The notes under the pieces: generated by a model
The model's database searches: none
Told to the model about the DNA's origin: nothing
The model's input: only the letters and a program-made list of their open reading frames with translations
Translations under genes and position numbers: made by a program
Source: Sediminibacterium sp.
GTDB lineage: Bacteria > Bacteroidota > Bacteroidia > Chitinophagales > Chitinophagaceae
Assembly (NCBI GenBank): GCA_044352855.1
Contig: JBILDC010000012.1
Span: 4,892 to 68,891, forward strand
Length of the DNA stretch: 64,000 nt
Direction: 5' to 3'
Shown: positions 8,430 to 18,619 of the stretch, in pieces
Position numbering within the stretch: the stretch's first letter is position 1
Layout of the letters: each line of letters starts with the position of its first letter

Positions 8430-10634
8430 ATGAAAAAGTATAAGTTATTAATTAAATATTTATGTATGCTATTATTTGTATTATATATAAATAATGCAAA
8501 TGCGCAAACTGGTTTAAATTTTCAGGGTGTAGCAAGAACAAGTAATAATGTAATTATTGTCTCTCAAGACATTAGTTTAAAATTAAGTATTCTTCAAGGA
8601 AGTGCAACGGGTATACCAGAATATATAGAAGTTAGAAAAGTAAAAACCAATGCACAGGGTTTATTTACTGCCGTTATAGGCGATTCAGAAACAACAATTA
8701 CTTTAGGCAACTTTGCAGATATTGATTGGAAGCTTAGTCCTAAGTTTTTGAAAATTGAAATTGACCCTTTTGCTGGAAATAATTTTATTAGTATGGGTAC
8801 CACACAGTTTCAATACGTTGCTTATGCAAAGTTTGCGAACAGTGTGAACGCTGAAAATATATCAGGTGTTGTTCCAGTAGCCCGGGGGGGCACTGGGGCA
8901 AGCAGCCTTTCAATACTTAAATCTAATTTGTCTTTAGATAAAGTAAACAATACAGCAGATACGCTTAAGCCTATTAGTAAATTAATACAATCGGCTTTAG
9001 ATCTTAAATTAAATATAGTGGATAGCACTAAGGCCTATGTTACACCCACGCAGTTGGCAAGCTATAATTTTTCAAGTGGGGTTGCCACTATTGATACCAC
9101 AGGTTTATCCAACAGAATTAATTTTAAACTAAATATTTCCGATACTGCTCTATTATTAAGAAAGGCCGATACATCTACATTATCGAACCGTATTAATTTA
9201 AAATTAAACATTACAGATACATCTACATTATCGAACCGTATTAATTTAAAACTGAATACTTACGACACTTCTACTTTATCAAATAGAATTAATTTAAAAT
9301 TAAATACTACAGATACTTCTAGTTTACTCAGAAAATCTCAAGTGGGAGCTAATAATGGTGCTGCTAGCTTGGATGCAACAGGGAAAGTGCCTTCCGTTCA
9401 AATTCCTGCTATTTCATTTTCATCGGTAGATGTAGTAAATAGTATGGAAAAGATGTTAAGTTTCACAACTGGAACTAACAAAGCAACCGACAGATTAGTA
9501 GGAAGTATTGTTGTTAGATTAGATTCAAGTAAAAACTTTGTTTTATCAAATTTACCTGCGAGTAATAGAGCCAATTGGATTGAACTAGTCAACCCTGACG
9601 CGCCAGTACAAACCGTTAATGGATTAACAGGCTCTGTCGATTTAAGAAAAGCAAACATATCGGACTTAATCTATATAGACAATACTAGTGATAAGGATAA
9701 GCCGGTTTCAGACGCTACAAAAGATTCATTAAGAACGAAATTATATATAACGGACACTTCGCTTTTATTAAAAAAATCTGATACTGCTTTCTTATTACAA
9801 AAAGTCGACACAGCAGCTATTTTAGCTATGTATGCAAAGAAATTTACGAAAGACGTAGTGGTTAATTTTGGAGGTGGTAGTTTAGGGAAATACGCAAATG
9901 GCACTACCATACCTGCAAAAGGAAAAACCTTAGATGAATTTCTTACAGATTTAGTTTCAAATTCAATTCCCCCAACATTTTATCTTCCATCTGTTTCTAT
10001 AGGAGCAAACCCTGGGTTCGGGAATTATGAAATTGGCTATGTACCAGGCTTAGTTACTTTAAATAATACCTATACTGCAAATAATGGTGGTGCTGTGATC
10101 TCGGCTTTATATTATAAAGATGCATCGTCAACACCATTGACTGGGGGGAACTCAATTACACTTGATACCTTAAAAACAACAGTAAGTTTTAAAGTAGTAG
10201 TGAATTATGCCAAGGGAACTGGAACAAAACCCGATAATTTAGGCACCCAATTCCCAAATACTATAAACGCTGGATCTATCTCTGCAACCAATAACTTTAC
10301 TCCTTATTCAAAAAGATATTGGGGTGGAATTACTTCACCGTTTCTTGAAAATCAAACCTATAAAATCGAAGACTTTAATCCAAGTTCTGATCAAAATGGA
10401 AGTAATAAAGGATTTAGTTTCAACTTCACTCCAAACGGTCGTCAATATATTTTTGTTGCATATCTCGCTTCTAATGCTGCAGATATAACTAAAGTAACCT
10501 GGGGTTCTTTAGACTATACTTTTACTAAATCCCTTGTTTGGTTTGAAAACGCAAGAGGGTATAAACAACTTTACAAAGTATTCACATCGACAGAAACTTA
10601 TGATGCTGGAATTACAGGGATAAGTACTCAATAA
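8430..10634 (+). CDS. 734-aa exported fibre protein (FQGVAR N-domain, DTxxL stalk repeats, ASLDATGKVP/PVQTVNG modules, C-terminal domain X)
   Basis: Sec signal; GLNFQGVARTS; DTSTLSNRINLKLN repeats; tail-fibre-like motifs; C-terminal KFTKDVVVNFGGGS...YKVFTS domain shared with the next gene. Confidence 0.75.
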   Translation: MKKYKLLIKYLCMLLFVLYINNANAQTGLNFQGVARTSNNVIIVSQDISLKLSILQGSATGIPEYIEVRKVKTNAQGLFTAVIGDSETTITLGNFADIDWKLSPKFLKIEIDPFAGNNFISMGTTQFQYVAYAKFANSVNAENISGVVPVARGGTGASSLSILKSNLSLDKVNNTADTLKPISKLIQSALDLKLNIVDSTKAYVTPTQLASYNFSSGVATIDTTGLSNRINFKLNISDTALLLRKADTSTLSNRINLKLNITDTSTLSNRINLKLNTYDTSTLSNRINLKLNTTDTSSLLRKSQVGANNGAASLDATGKVPSVQIPAISFSSVDVVNSMEKMLSFTTGTNKATDRLVGSIVVRLDSSKNFVLSNLPASNRANWIELVNPDAPVQTVNGLTGSVDLRKANISDLIYIDNTSDKDKPVSDATKDSLRTKLYITDTSLLLKKSDTAFLLQKVDTAAILAMYAKKFTKDVVVNFGGGSLGKYANGTTIPAKGKTLDEFLTDLVSNSIPPTFYLPSVSIGANPGFGNYEIGYVPGLVTLNNTYTANNGGAVISALYYKDASSTPLTGGNSITLDTLKTTVSFKVVVNYAKGTGTKPDNLGTQFPNTINAGSISATNNFTPYSKRYWGGITSPFLENQTYKIEDFNPSSDQNGSNKGFSFNFTPNGRQYIFVAYLASNAADITKVTWGSLDYTFTKSLVWFENARGYKQLYKVFTSTETYDAGITGISTQ

Positions 10635-10642
10635 AAAATTAC

Positions 10643-13165
10643 ATGAAATATTTAATCATTTTATTTACAGTGATTGCATTTTTTAATTTAAATGCAAATG
10701 CGCAAGTTAAGTTAGGATCCTATGCTGTAAGAAACAGCCCAGGAGATTTATATCCAACCCATTTAGATAGCTTGGGACAAGGTGGTTTTATGAGTTTACA
10801 AACTATAGCAAATAGAAATGCCATTTTGAGTAGACAAAGAAAAGTGGGGATGATGGTGTATGTGCAAGCTAATGATTCATTGTACAAATTAGCTACAGCA
10901 GATTTAAGTAATAATGGTTGGGTAGCTATGGGATTATTAACCCAACAAAAATTAAGCGACTCTTTGAATACAAGGCTAAAAGGAACAGACACTTTAAGCT
11001 TATCAAGTAGAATAGACTCAAAGGCAAATGTGGGTAATATTACGGATGTTAATAATGAGTTGGTTCTAAAATTAAACATCATTGATACTGCTTTTTTATT
11101 GCAAAAAGCAGATACGGCTTTTTTATTACAAAAAAAAGATACGGCTAGTTTATCAAATAGAATAGATTTAAAAGCCAATACAACCACACTTAATAATATA
11201 AATACGGCTATTAGCAATAAACTTATTGCAGATACTGCCTATTTATTGCAAAAGGCAGATACGGCTTTTTTATTGCAGAAAAAAGATACGGCTTTTTTAT
11301 TACAGAAAAACGATACGGCTAATTTATCCAATAGAATAGATTTAAAAGCTAATACAACGACACTTAATAATATAAATACTGCTATAAACAATAAACTTAT
11401 TGCAGACACTACCTATTTATTGCAGAAAAAAGATACGGCTAGTTTATCTAATAGAATCAATTTAAAAGCCAATACAATAGATGTAAATAATTTATATACA
11501 TCTATAAGCAATAAACTTATTACAGATACAACCTATTTATTACAAAAAAAAGATACAGCTAGTTTATCCAATAGAATTAATCTAAAACTAGATGCAAATA
11601 AATCTGGAGTAGCGAACGGGGTTGCAAGTCTAAATGCATTAGGTAAAATACCTACAGATCAAATACCTGCTATTTCATTTTCTTCGGTAAGAATAGTAAA
11701 TACTGAAGCTGAAATGTTAGGATTGAATTCGGCAGTGGTAGGAAGTGTTGCAGTTAGAACCGATGTGAATAAAAGTTTTATATTGGCTGTAAGTGATCCT
11801 ACTATTTTGACCAATTGGACCATGCTTTTAACGCCAGCCCCGCCAGTACAATCAGTGAATGGATATAGCGGAAATGTTTCCTTAACCAAAGCCGATATTG
11901 GTTTAGGTAATGTAGATAATTACAGTTCGGAAGATTTGCCAGTTTCACTTGCTTCAAGAAATGAATTAGCATTAAAATTAAAAATCACAGACACTTCTTA
12001 TTTATTTAAAAAAACAGACACTTCTTTTCTTTTACAAAAAAAGGATACTACAATTTTATCGAATAGAATTAATTTAAAATTGACTACCACAGATACCTCC
12101 TTCTTATTAAAGAAAACAGACACTTCATATTTATTAAAGAAAACAGACAGTTCTTTTCTTTTACAAAAAAAGGATACTACAAGTTTATCCAATAGGATTA
12201 ATAAAAAATTAAATATAACTGACACTTCGTTCTTATTAAAGAAGACAGATACTTCCTTCTTATTAAAGAAAACTGATACATCATTTTTATTAAAGAAATC
12301 AGATACCACCTATTTATTACAAAAAGTAGATACTACAGCTATATTGTCGATGTATGCAAAAAAATTCACCAAAGATGTGGTCGTTAATTTTGGTGGTGGT
12401 AGTTTTGGTAAATATGCAAATGGGGAAACCGTACCTGCAAAAGGAAAAACTTTAGATGAATTTTTGTACGATGTACTAACTAAATCAGTTCCTCCAAACT
12501 ATGTTGCACCTAGAGTTTCAATAGGTGCTAGTCCAGCATTTGGTGCTTATGAAATTGGGTACAATCCTGGATTGGTTTCCTTATCCAATAGTTATACAAA
12601 AAATGATGGTGGTAATGTGACTTTGACTATATATAATAAAGGTGGAGCCTCTTTGGGAACTGGCGTGAATACCAATACACCAGGTACAATAACAAGTACT
12701 GTTAGTTATAATGTTACAGTTAATTATGGTGCTGGAAATGTGAAAACCGACAATTTAGGCAATCCATATCCTACTGGTCAAATCACTGCTGGATCTACTT
12801 CTTCTGCTTCAGGTGCCTATACGACTTATTCAAAAAGATATTATGGTGGCACAAGTGTCGCATTCACTGAGTCAAATACTTATAATTATGCTTCATTAAG
12901 TCAAGCACTAGGTTCAGATCCAGATGGACATATTAATTCTAAGACTGTAAGTCTTACGCCAACAGGTACCCAAAATGTATTTTTTGCTTATCCCGCAGGT
13001 TTATCTGATCTCAGTTCTATTTTATACAATGGGAATGAATCTATTGATTCATTTACTAAATCAATAATATTAATAACAAATGCGCAAGGTTATACACAAT
13101 CCTATAAAGTGTATGTGTCTAAAGAAGTGTATAGCTCAACGTTAAATAATCTTAACATTAAATAA
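10643..13165 (+). CDS. 840-aa exported fibre protein (N-domain Y, DTAFLLQK repeats, C-terminal domain X)
   Basis: Sec signal; LYPTHLDSLGQGGFMSL...RQRKVGMMVYVQANDSLYKL; two blocks of DTxxLLxK repeats; C-domain homologous to that of 8430-10634. Confidence 0.75.
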   Translation: MKYLIILFTVIAFFNLNANAQVKLGSYAVRNSPGDLYPTHLDSLGQGGFMSLQTIANRNAILSRQRKVGMMVYVQANDSLYKLATADLSNNGWVAMGLLTQQKLSDSLNTRLKGTDTLSLSSRIDSKANVGNITDVNNELVLKLNIIDTAFLLQKADTAFLLQKKDTASLSNRIDLKANTTTLNNINTAISNKLIADTAYLLQKADTAFLLQKKDTAFLLQKNDTANLSNRIDLKANTTTLNNINTAINNKLIADTTYLLQKKDTASLSNRINLKANTIDVNNLYTSISNKLITDTTYLLQKKDTASLSNRINLKLDANKSGVANGVASLNALGKIPTDQIPAISFSSVRIVNTEAEMLGLNSAVVGSVAVRTDVNKSFILAVSDPTILTNWTMLLTPAPPVQSVNGYSGNVSLTKADIGLGNVDNYSSEDLPVSLASRNELALKLKITDTSYLFKKTDTSFLLQKKDTTILSNRINLKLTTTDTSFLLKKTDTSYLLKKTDSSFLLQKKDTTSLSNRINKKLNITDTSFLLKKTDTSFLLKKTDTSFLLKKSDTTYLLQKVDTTAILSMYAKKFTKDVVVNFGGGSFGKYANGETVPAKGKTLDEFLYDVLTKSVPPNYVAPRVSIGASPAFGAYEIGYNPGLVSLSNSYTKNDGGNVTLTIYNKGGASLGTGVNTNTPGTITSTVSYNVTVNYGAGNVKTDNLGNPYPTGQITAGSTSSASGAYTTYSKRYYGGTSVAFTESNTYNYASLSQALGSDPDGHINSKTVSLTPTGTQNVFFAYPAGLSDLSSILYNGNESIDSFTKSIILITNAQGYTQSYKVYVSKEVYSSTLNNLNIK
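11080..12330 (+). repeat. Coding DT(A/T/S)(F/Y)LL(Q/K)K and DTASLSNRI repeats, in two blocks
   Basis: Visible in DNA (gatacggcttttttattacagaaaaa; gacacttcxttxttattaaagaa) and in the protein. Confidence 0.85.
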
Positions 13166-13173
13166 ATATTACA

Positions 13174-16100
13174 ATGAAGTATAAAATATTTTTTTTTATA
13201 ATAATCGCTTTTTTTACTACAAAACTACATGCACAAATTAAATTAAGCTCCTATGCAACTACACAAGACGCTGGTTCATTGTATCCAACCCATTTAGATA
13301 GTTTGGGTCAAGGCGGTTTCATGAGTTTATCAAGTATAGCGTCAAGAGATGCAATAATAACAAGGAGAAGAAAACAAGGTATGTTGGTATATGTGCAAGC
13401 CAATGATTCTTTATATAAATTAACCACTGCCAATTTAAGCAACACAGGATGGGTCGCTGTTGGTCTATTAACATCACAACAATTAAGAAATTTTGTCAAT
13501 AGCTCAGTGAATGGATTAACCAACACTAATTTATCAGGAACTGCAGGCATCACTGATGCTAACTTAGGCACTATATCAACAGCAGGTAAAGTAAGCAATA
13601 GCGCCACTTCTGCAACTGCATCCAATACTTCTTATACAATTGTAGCAAGAGATGATATAGGCAATTTTTCTGCAAATACTATAACAGCCAATTTAAATGG
13701 TACCGCTTTAATAGCAACCAATATAGAAGGCGGTGCCTCAGGATCTATGCCTTATCAATCATCCAATAACACAACAGGCTTATTAGCAGCAGGAACCAAT
13801 GGACAATATTTACAACTAGCAAATGGTTTACCAAGTTGGCAGACATTATCTACAACAGTAAGTGCATCTAATATTACAGGAACAGTTGCTTTAGTAAATG
13901 GAGGAACGGGACAAACAACCATTGCAGGCATACAATCTGCATTAGGCTTGTCTGGAAATAAGATTGCTTTAGGAAGTTTATCGGGTACTTTTTCTCAAAG
14001 TGCAAATGCAGTAGCAATAGGATCTAATGCAGGAAATACGAGTCAAGGTGCTCAATCTGTAGCAATTGGATTTCTTGCTGGCAAAGAAAATCAAGGTAAT
14101 TACACAATTGCCATAGGAAGTGCAGCAGGAGTTACAAGACAATTTGAAGGTTCTGTTGCAATAGGATATGGTTCTGGAAATTTAAATCAAGGAACTAACG
14201 CTGTTGCTTTAGGGCCAGGATCGGGTTCAAGTAATCAAAGTGATTATGCTTTAGCTTTAGGATATAATGCAGGGTATAGTAATCAGGGTGCTAATTCAGT
14301 TGCAATAGGAAGTAATGCAGGAAAAACTACGCAGTCAACAAACTCAGTGGCACTAGGTGCTTATGCTACTTCGGGATATACTAATTCGACAGCCATAGGT
14401 TATGGTGCAGTAACTGCTGCAGCAAATACCATTCAATTAGGTGCAGATGGCTCAAATGTAGATGGAGTTACAACTACAGCCATCGCCAATGTTAAAACTT
14501 CTGGAACATTAACTTTAGGTACTGTTACTTATCCTAGAGCACATGGAACGAATGGTCAATTATTAACGACTAGTGGTAGTGGAACATTAACATGGACTAG
14601 TAATGTTGTTCCGTATACCGGTGCAATTAAAAGTGTTAATCTTGGATATTACGATTTAATGGTTTCTGGTATCACGGTTGGTAGAGGACCTGGAACAGGT
14701 AATTTCGGAAATACCACTTTTGGAGACTCTGCGCTTGCTTATAATAATACAGGATCTAGAAACAATGCATTTGGAAATAACGCACTTCAAAATAATACTT
14801 CAGGTAGTGATAATATTGCCATGGGTACTTCGGCACTTATGCAAAATACAACAGCATCCTCTAATATCGCTATAGGATCACAAGCACTTGGTGCAAATTC
14901 ACCTGGTTCTTACAATGTAGCTATAGGATCTTTTGCACTTGCAAAAGACAGCACAGGTTATAATAATACAGCCATTGGTTATGCATCACTTAGGGCTAAT
15001 ACCACTGGTTTTAATAATACTGCTACTGGTATGTTTTCACTTATCAGTGATACAAGTGGATCTTATAATACTGCCAATGGTTTTCAATCACTCAACTATA
15101 ATACAAATGGTTCTCATAACACTGCTAGTGGAGTTCAATCTTTATATTTTAATTCAATAGGAAATTATAATTCAGCCTTTGGTAATGAGTCGCAATATTT
15201 CAATAAGGGATCTTATAATACATCTATTGGCAGAAAAGCTTTATTAAATAATAGCACAGGCAATCATAATACAGCAGTAGGAAATAAAGCAGATGTCTTA
15301 TCAGATAATTTAGAAAATGCAACTGCTATTGGCGATAGTGCGATTGTGACAGCAAGTAATACCATACAGCTTGGAAATATCAATGTAACCAATGTTAAAA
15401 CTAGTGGAACTGTAACTGCAAATGCAGTTACCTATCCCAATAGTCATGGTACTAGTGGACAATTATTAACGACTACAGGAAGCGGAACTTTAACATGGAC
15501 TACTTCAACAATTACTTTGGTGCCATACACAGGAGCAATTAAAGCTGTCAATCTTGGGGCTTATGATTTAACAGTAAATGGGTTAACGGTTGGAAAAGGC
15601 GTTGGTGCATTTGCATCTAATACTGTTATTGGTAATGGACTATCAAATACAAATAATACTGGCACTAATAATACCGCAATTGGTTTTAATTCGCTTAAGT
15701 CAAATACAACTGGAGTATCCAATACTGCTAATGGAGTATCAGCTCTATTTTCAAATACGACTGGTAATTTCAATACTGCTTATGGTATAAGTGCGCTTTA
15801 TCTTAATGAGAGTGGATATTACAATACAGCAATTGGCATGACATCTTTATTGACGAATACAACAGGCAACCATAATACTGCAATTGGATATAAGGCAAAT
15901 GTAGGTTTCGGTAATTTAGAAAACGCAACAGCCATTGGAGATAGTGCGATTGTTACAGCAAGCAATACCATTCAGCTTGGAAACATCAATGTGATCAATG
16001 TTAAAACCAGTGGAACGCTCACTGCAGGTGCTATTACTTATCCTAAAACACATGGCACCAATGGTCAGTTTTTAACTACAACAGGGACTGGTACTTTATC

Positions 16101-18618
16101 ATGGACAACACTTAATGATGCAACCACCACTATAAAAGGTATTATTCAATTAGCAGGAGATCTAGGAGGAACAGCAACATCACCCACAGTCAATACTGTA
16201 GGAGGAGTGAACTCATCTACCATATCAACTTTTGATACAAGAATAGCATCCAATACAAATAGTATTACTTCTTTAACTACAGCTTTAAGTTCAAATACAA
16301 ATAGCATTACTACATTAACTAGCACTGTAAATACAAATACGGCAAGTATAACTTCACTAAGTACAAATATTTTAGCTTCAACATTAACCGGCACAGTTGC
16401 AGTTGCCAATGGAGGAACAGGTCAAACAAGTATTGTAGGGTTACAAACTGCATTAGGATTATTAGGAACTCAAGTGGCTATAGGAGCAAATGCAGGCACG
16501 AGTACACAAAGTGCCTATTCAGTTGCAATAGGAAATGCTGCAGGACAAATAAGTCAAAACACGAATTCAGTTGCAATAGGCAATGGTGCTGGATACAATA
16601 CCCAAGGAAATGGTTCAACATCTTCTGGTGGAGCTGTTGCAATTGGTGCGAATGCAGGTAACAAATTACAAGCAGTTGGTGCAGTAGCCATTGGAGCCAG
16701 TGCTGGTCAAAATGATCAAAGTGCCTATGCAGTAGCAATAGGGTATGGTTCGGGTGTAACAAGTCAAGCAGGTTATACTGTAGCCATTGGACAAAACGCA
16801 GGAGCAACGAGTCAAGAAATAGGTGCGGTTTCTATGGGACCCAATGCTGGTTATAATGCACAAAAAAATCGTGCTGTTGCAATAGGTGATAATGCAGGAT
16901 ATGATTTGCAAGCACAAAGTGCAGTTGCAGTGGGTAATAAAGCAGGAAGAGAAAATCAACAGGAACTTGCAGTTGCGGTAGGATATGAATCTGGAAGAGT
17001 ATCCCAAGGACAAAATGCAGTTGCTGTGGGAAATCAAGCAGGAAAAACAAGTCAAGGAATTTATGCAGTTGCAGTTGGAGTGAATGCAGGAAACAATACA
17101 CAAGGCAATTATACAGTTGCAATAGGTAATAGTGCAGGTAATGACAGACAAAAAATTGGAGCTATTGCAATAGGTAATAGTGCAGGACAAATTACCCAAG
17201 ATGAAGATGCTATTGCGATTGGGAAAAGCGCAGGATATACTAGTCAAGGTACTTTTTCTGTTGCGATAGGAACTAATGCTGGAAATTCTGGTCAAGAGAG
17301 TCAGTCCATTGCCATTGGAAACAAAGCTGGAAACTCTAGTCAAAAATTTAACTCGGTTGCCATTGGAGCCATGGCAGCAGAAACTTCACAAGGAGATAAT
17401 GCTATTGCAGTTGGATACACTGCAGGAAACAATACACAAAGCAATCATACCGTTGCAATAGGCAATGGTGCGGGTAAAAATACTCAAAAAGAATTCGGCA
17501 TTGCAATAGGTTATGATGCTGGACAAAATACACAGAGTACTAAATCAATAGCTGTTGGAGCTAACGCTGGTCAAACAACGCAAGGGGAAAGTTCAGTTGC
17601 CATAGGAGATCAAGCAGGGAAAACTAGTCAAGGTAATTACACAGTTGCATTAGGAATTAATGCAGGAAATAATACGCAAGGCAATCATGCTGTTGCAATA
17701 GGCAATGGTGCGGGTAAAACTACTCAAAAAGAATTCGGAATTGCAATAGGATATGATGCTGGACAAAATACGCAGAGTACTAATGCGATAGCGATTGGAG
17801 CTAACGCAGGTTTGACAACTCAAGGAGAAAATTCAGTTTCTATTGGTTATGAATCTGGAAAATCAAGGCAAAAAGATTTTTCAGTTGCTATTGGACCCTA
17901 TGCTGGATATTTAGATCAAGCCCGCGCATCAGTTGCAGTAGGTCCAAATGCGGGTAAAGAAAATCAAGGTGTTAGTGCAGTGGCAGTTGGAGATCAAGCA
18001 GCTCAATTTACTCAAAGTAATTATGCTGTTGCAATAGGAGTTAACGCAGGTCAAAATAGTCAAGGTTTGAATGCGGTTGCCATTGGTAGCGGAGCAGGAC
18101 AAACCAATCAAGGTACTAATTCAGTAGCATTAGGTGTTGCTTCAAGTAGTACAGGTAGCACGGCAACTGCATTAGGCGCAATAGCTTCTGCAGCCCATTC
18201 GAATTCAACTGCCATTGGATATCAAGCAGCTACGACTGGAGATAATACTATTCAATTAGGAAATAGTAGTGTAACAAATGTTAACACAAGTGCTGCTATA
18301 AATGCAAAATCATTTTATTTAAATAGTTCAAATTCAATCACAGCAGGGAATACTACTACAATTGATTTATCTAACAATAATATTTTTAAAATAAGTCTAG
18401 GTACAGATATAGCTACACTTAGTTTAAATAATGCTAAACCAGGCACCTATATTATTGAAATTATTCAAGGGGGCACCTATAATGTATCTTTCCCAAGTGC
18501 CTGGAGATGGGCCTCTGGTTTAATTCCTATTATTACACCCACTGCAAATAAAATTGATATAGTCACGCTTGTATATGATGGATCAACCTATTTTGCATCT
18601 ACAGTTCAAAATTTTTAA
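13174..18618 (+). CDS. 1814-aa exported fibre/adhesin (N-domain Y, YadA-head-like 16-aa repeats, 17-aa NTTG repeats, C-terminal domain Z)
   Basis: N-terminus homologous to 10643-13165; QxxxAVAIGxxAGxxx repeats; ends TIDLSNNNIFKISL...IDIVTLVYDGSTYFASTVQNF. Confidence 0.8.
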   Translation: MKYKIFFFIIIAFFTTKLHAQIKLSSYATTQDAGSLYPTHLDSLGQGGFMSLSSIASRDAIITRRRKQGMLVYVQANDSLYKLTTANLSNTGWVAVGLLTSQQLRNFVNSSVNGLTNTNLSGTAGITDANLGTISTAGKVSNSATSATASNTSYTIVARDDIGNFSANTITANLNGTALIATNIEGGASGSMPYQSSNNTTGLLAAGTNGQYLQLANGLPSWQTLSTTVSASNITGTVALVNGGTGQTTIAGIQSALGLSGNKIALGSLSGTFSQSANAVAIGSNAGNTSQGAQSVAIGFLAGKENQGNYTIAIGSAAGVTRQFEGSVAIGYGSGNLNQGTNAVALGPGSGSSNQSDYALALGYNAGYSNQGANSVAIGSNAGKTTQSTNSVALGAYATSGYTNSTAIGYGAVTAAANTIQLGADGSNVDGVTTTAIANVKTSGTLTLGTVTYPRAHGTNGQLLTTSGSGTLTWTSNVVPYTGAIKSVNLGYYDLMVSGITVGRGPGTGNFGNTTFGDSALAYNNTGSRNNAFGNNALQNNTSGSDNIAMGTSALMQNTTASSNIAIGSQALGANSPGSYNVAIGSFALAKDSTGYNNTAIGYASLRANTTGFNNTATGMFSLISDTSGSYNTANGFQSLNYNTNGSHNTASGVQSLYFNSIGNYNSAFGNESQYFNKGSYNTSIGRKALLNNSTGNHNTAVGNKADVLSDNLENATAIGDSAIVTASNTIQLGNINVTNVKTSGTVTANAVTYPNSHGTSGQLLTTTGSGTLTWTTSTITLVPYTGAIKAVNLGAYDLTVNGLTVGKGVGAFASNTVIGNGLSNTNNTGTNNTAIGFNSLKSNTTGVSNTANGVSALFSNTTGNFNTAYGISALYLNESGYYNTAIGMTSLLTNTTGNHNTAIGYKANVGFGNLENATAIGDSAIVTASNTIQLGNINVINVKTSGTLTAGAITYPKTHGTNGQFLTTTGTGTLSWTTLNDATTTIKGIIQLAGDLGGTATSPTVNTVGGVNSSTISTFDTRIASNTNSITSLTTALSSNTNSITTLTSTVNTNTASITSLSTNILASTLTGTVAVANGGTGQTSIVGLQTALGLLGTQVAIGANAGTSTQSAYSVAIGNAAGQISQNTNSVAIGNGAGYNTQGNGSTSSGGAVAIGANAGNKLQAVGAVAIGASAGQNDQSAYAVAIGYGSGVTSQAGYTVAIGQNAGATSQEIGAVSMGPNAGYNAQKNRAVAIGDNAGYDLQAQSAVAVGNKAGRENQQELAVAVGYESGRVSQGQNAVAVGNQAGKTSQGIYAVAVGVNAGNNTQGNYTVAIGNSAGNDRQKIGAIAIGNSAGQITQDEDAIAIGKSAGYTSQGTFSVAIGTNAGNSGQESQSIAIGNKAGNSSQKFNSVAIGAMAAETSQGDNAIAVGYTAGNNTQSNHTVAIGNGAGKNTQKEFGIAIGYDAGQNTQSTKSIAVGANAGQTTQGESSVAIGDQAGKTSQGNYTVALGINAGNNTQGNHAVAIGNGAGKTTQKEFGIAIGYDAGQNTQSTNAIAIGANAGLTTQGENSVSIGYESGKSRQKDFSVAIGPYAGYLDQARASVAVGPNAGKENQGVSAVAVGDQAAQFTQSNYAVAIGVNAGQNSQGLNAVAIGSGAGQTNQGTNSVALGVASSSTGSTATALGAIASAAHSNSTAIGYQAATTGDNTIQLGNSSVTNVNTSAAINAKSFYLNSSNSITAGNTTTIDLSNNNIFKISLGTDIATLSLNNAKPGTYIIEIIQGGTYNVSFPSAWRWASGLIPIITPTANKIDIVTLVYDGSTYFASTVQNF
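13996..14380 (+). repeat. Block of 8 coding 16-aa (48-nt) QxxxAVAIGxxAGxxx repeats
   Basis: Counted by hand in the translation of 13174-18618. Confidence 0.8.
16507..18150 (+). repeat. Block of ~34 coding 16-aa (48-nt) repeats
   Basis: Hand count of QxxxxVAIGxxAGxxx units; near-identical DNA at 17461 and 17701 (240-nt offset = 5 units). Confidence 0.85.
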
Positions 18619-18619
18619 G

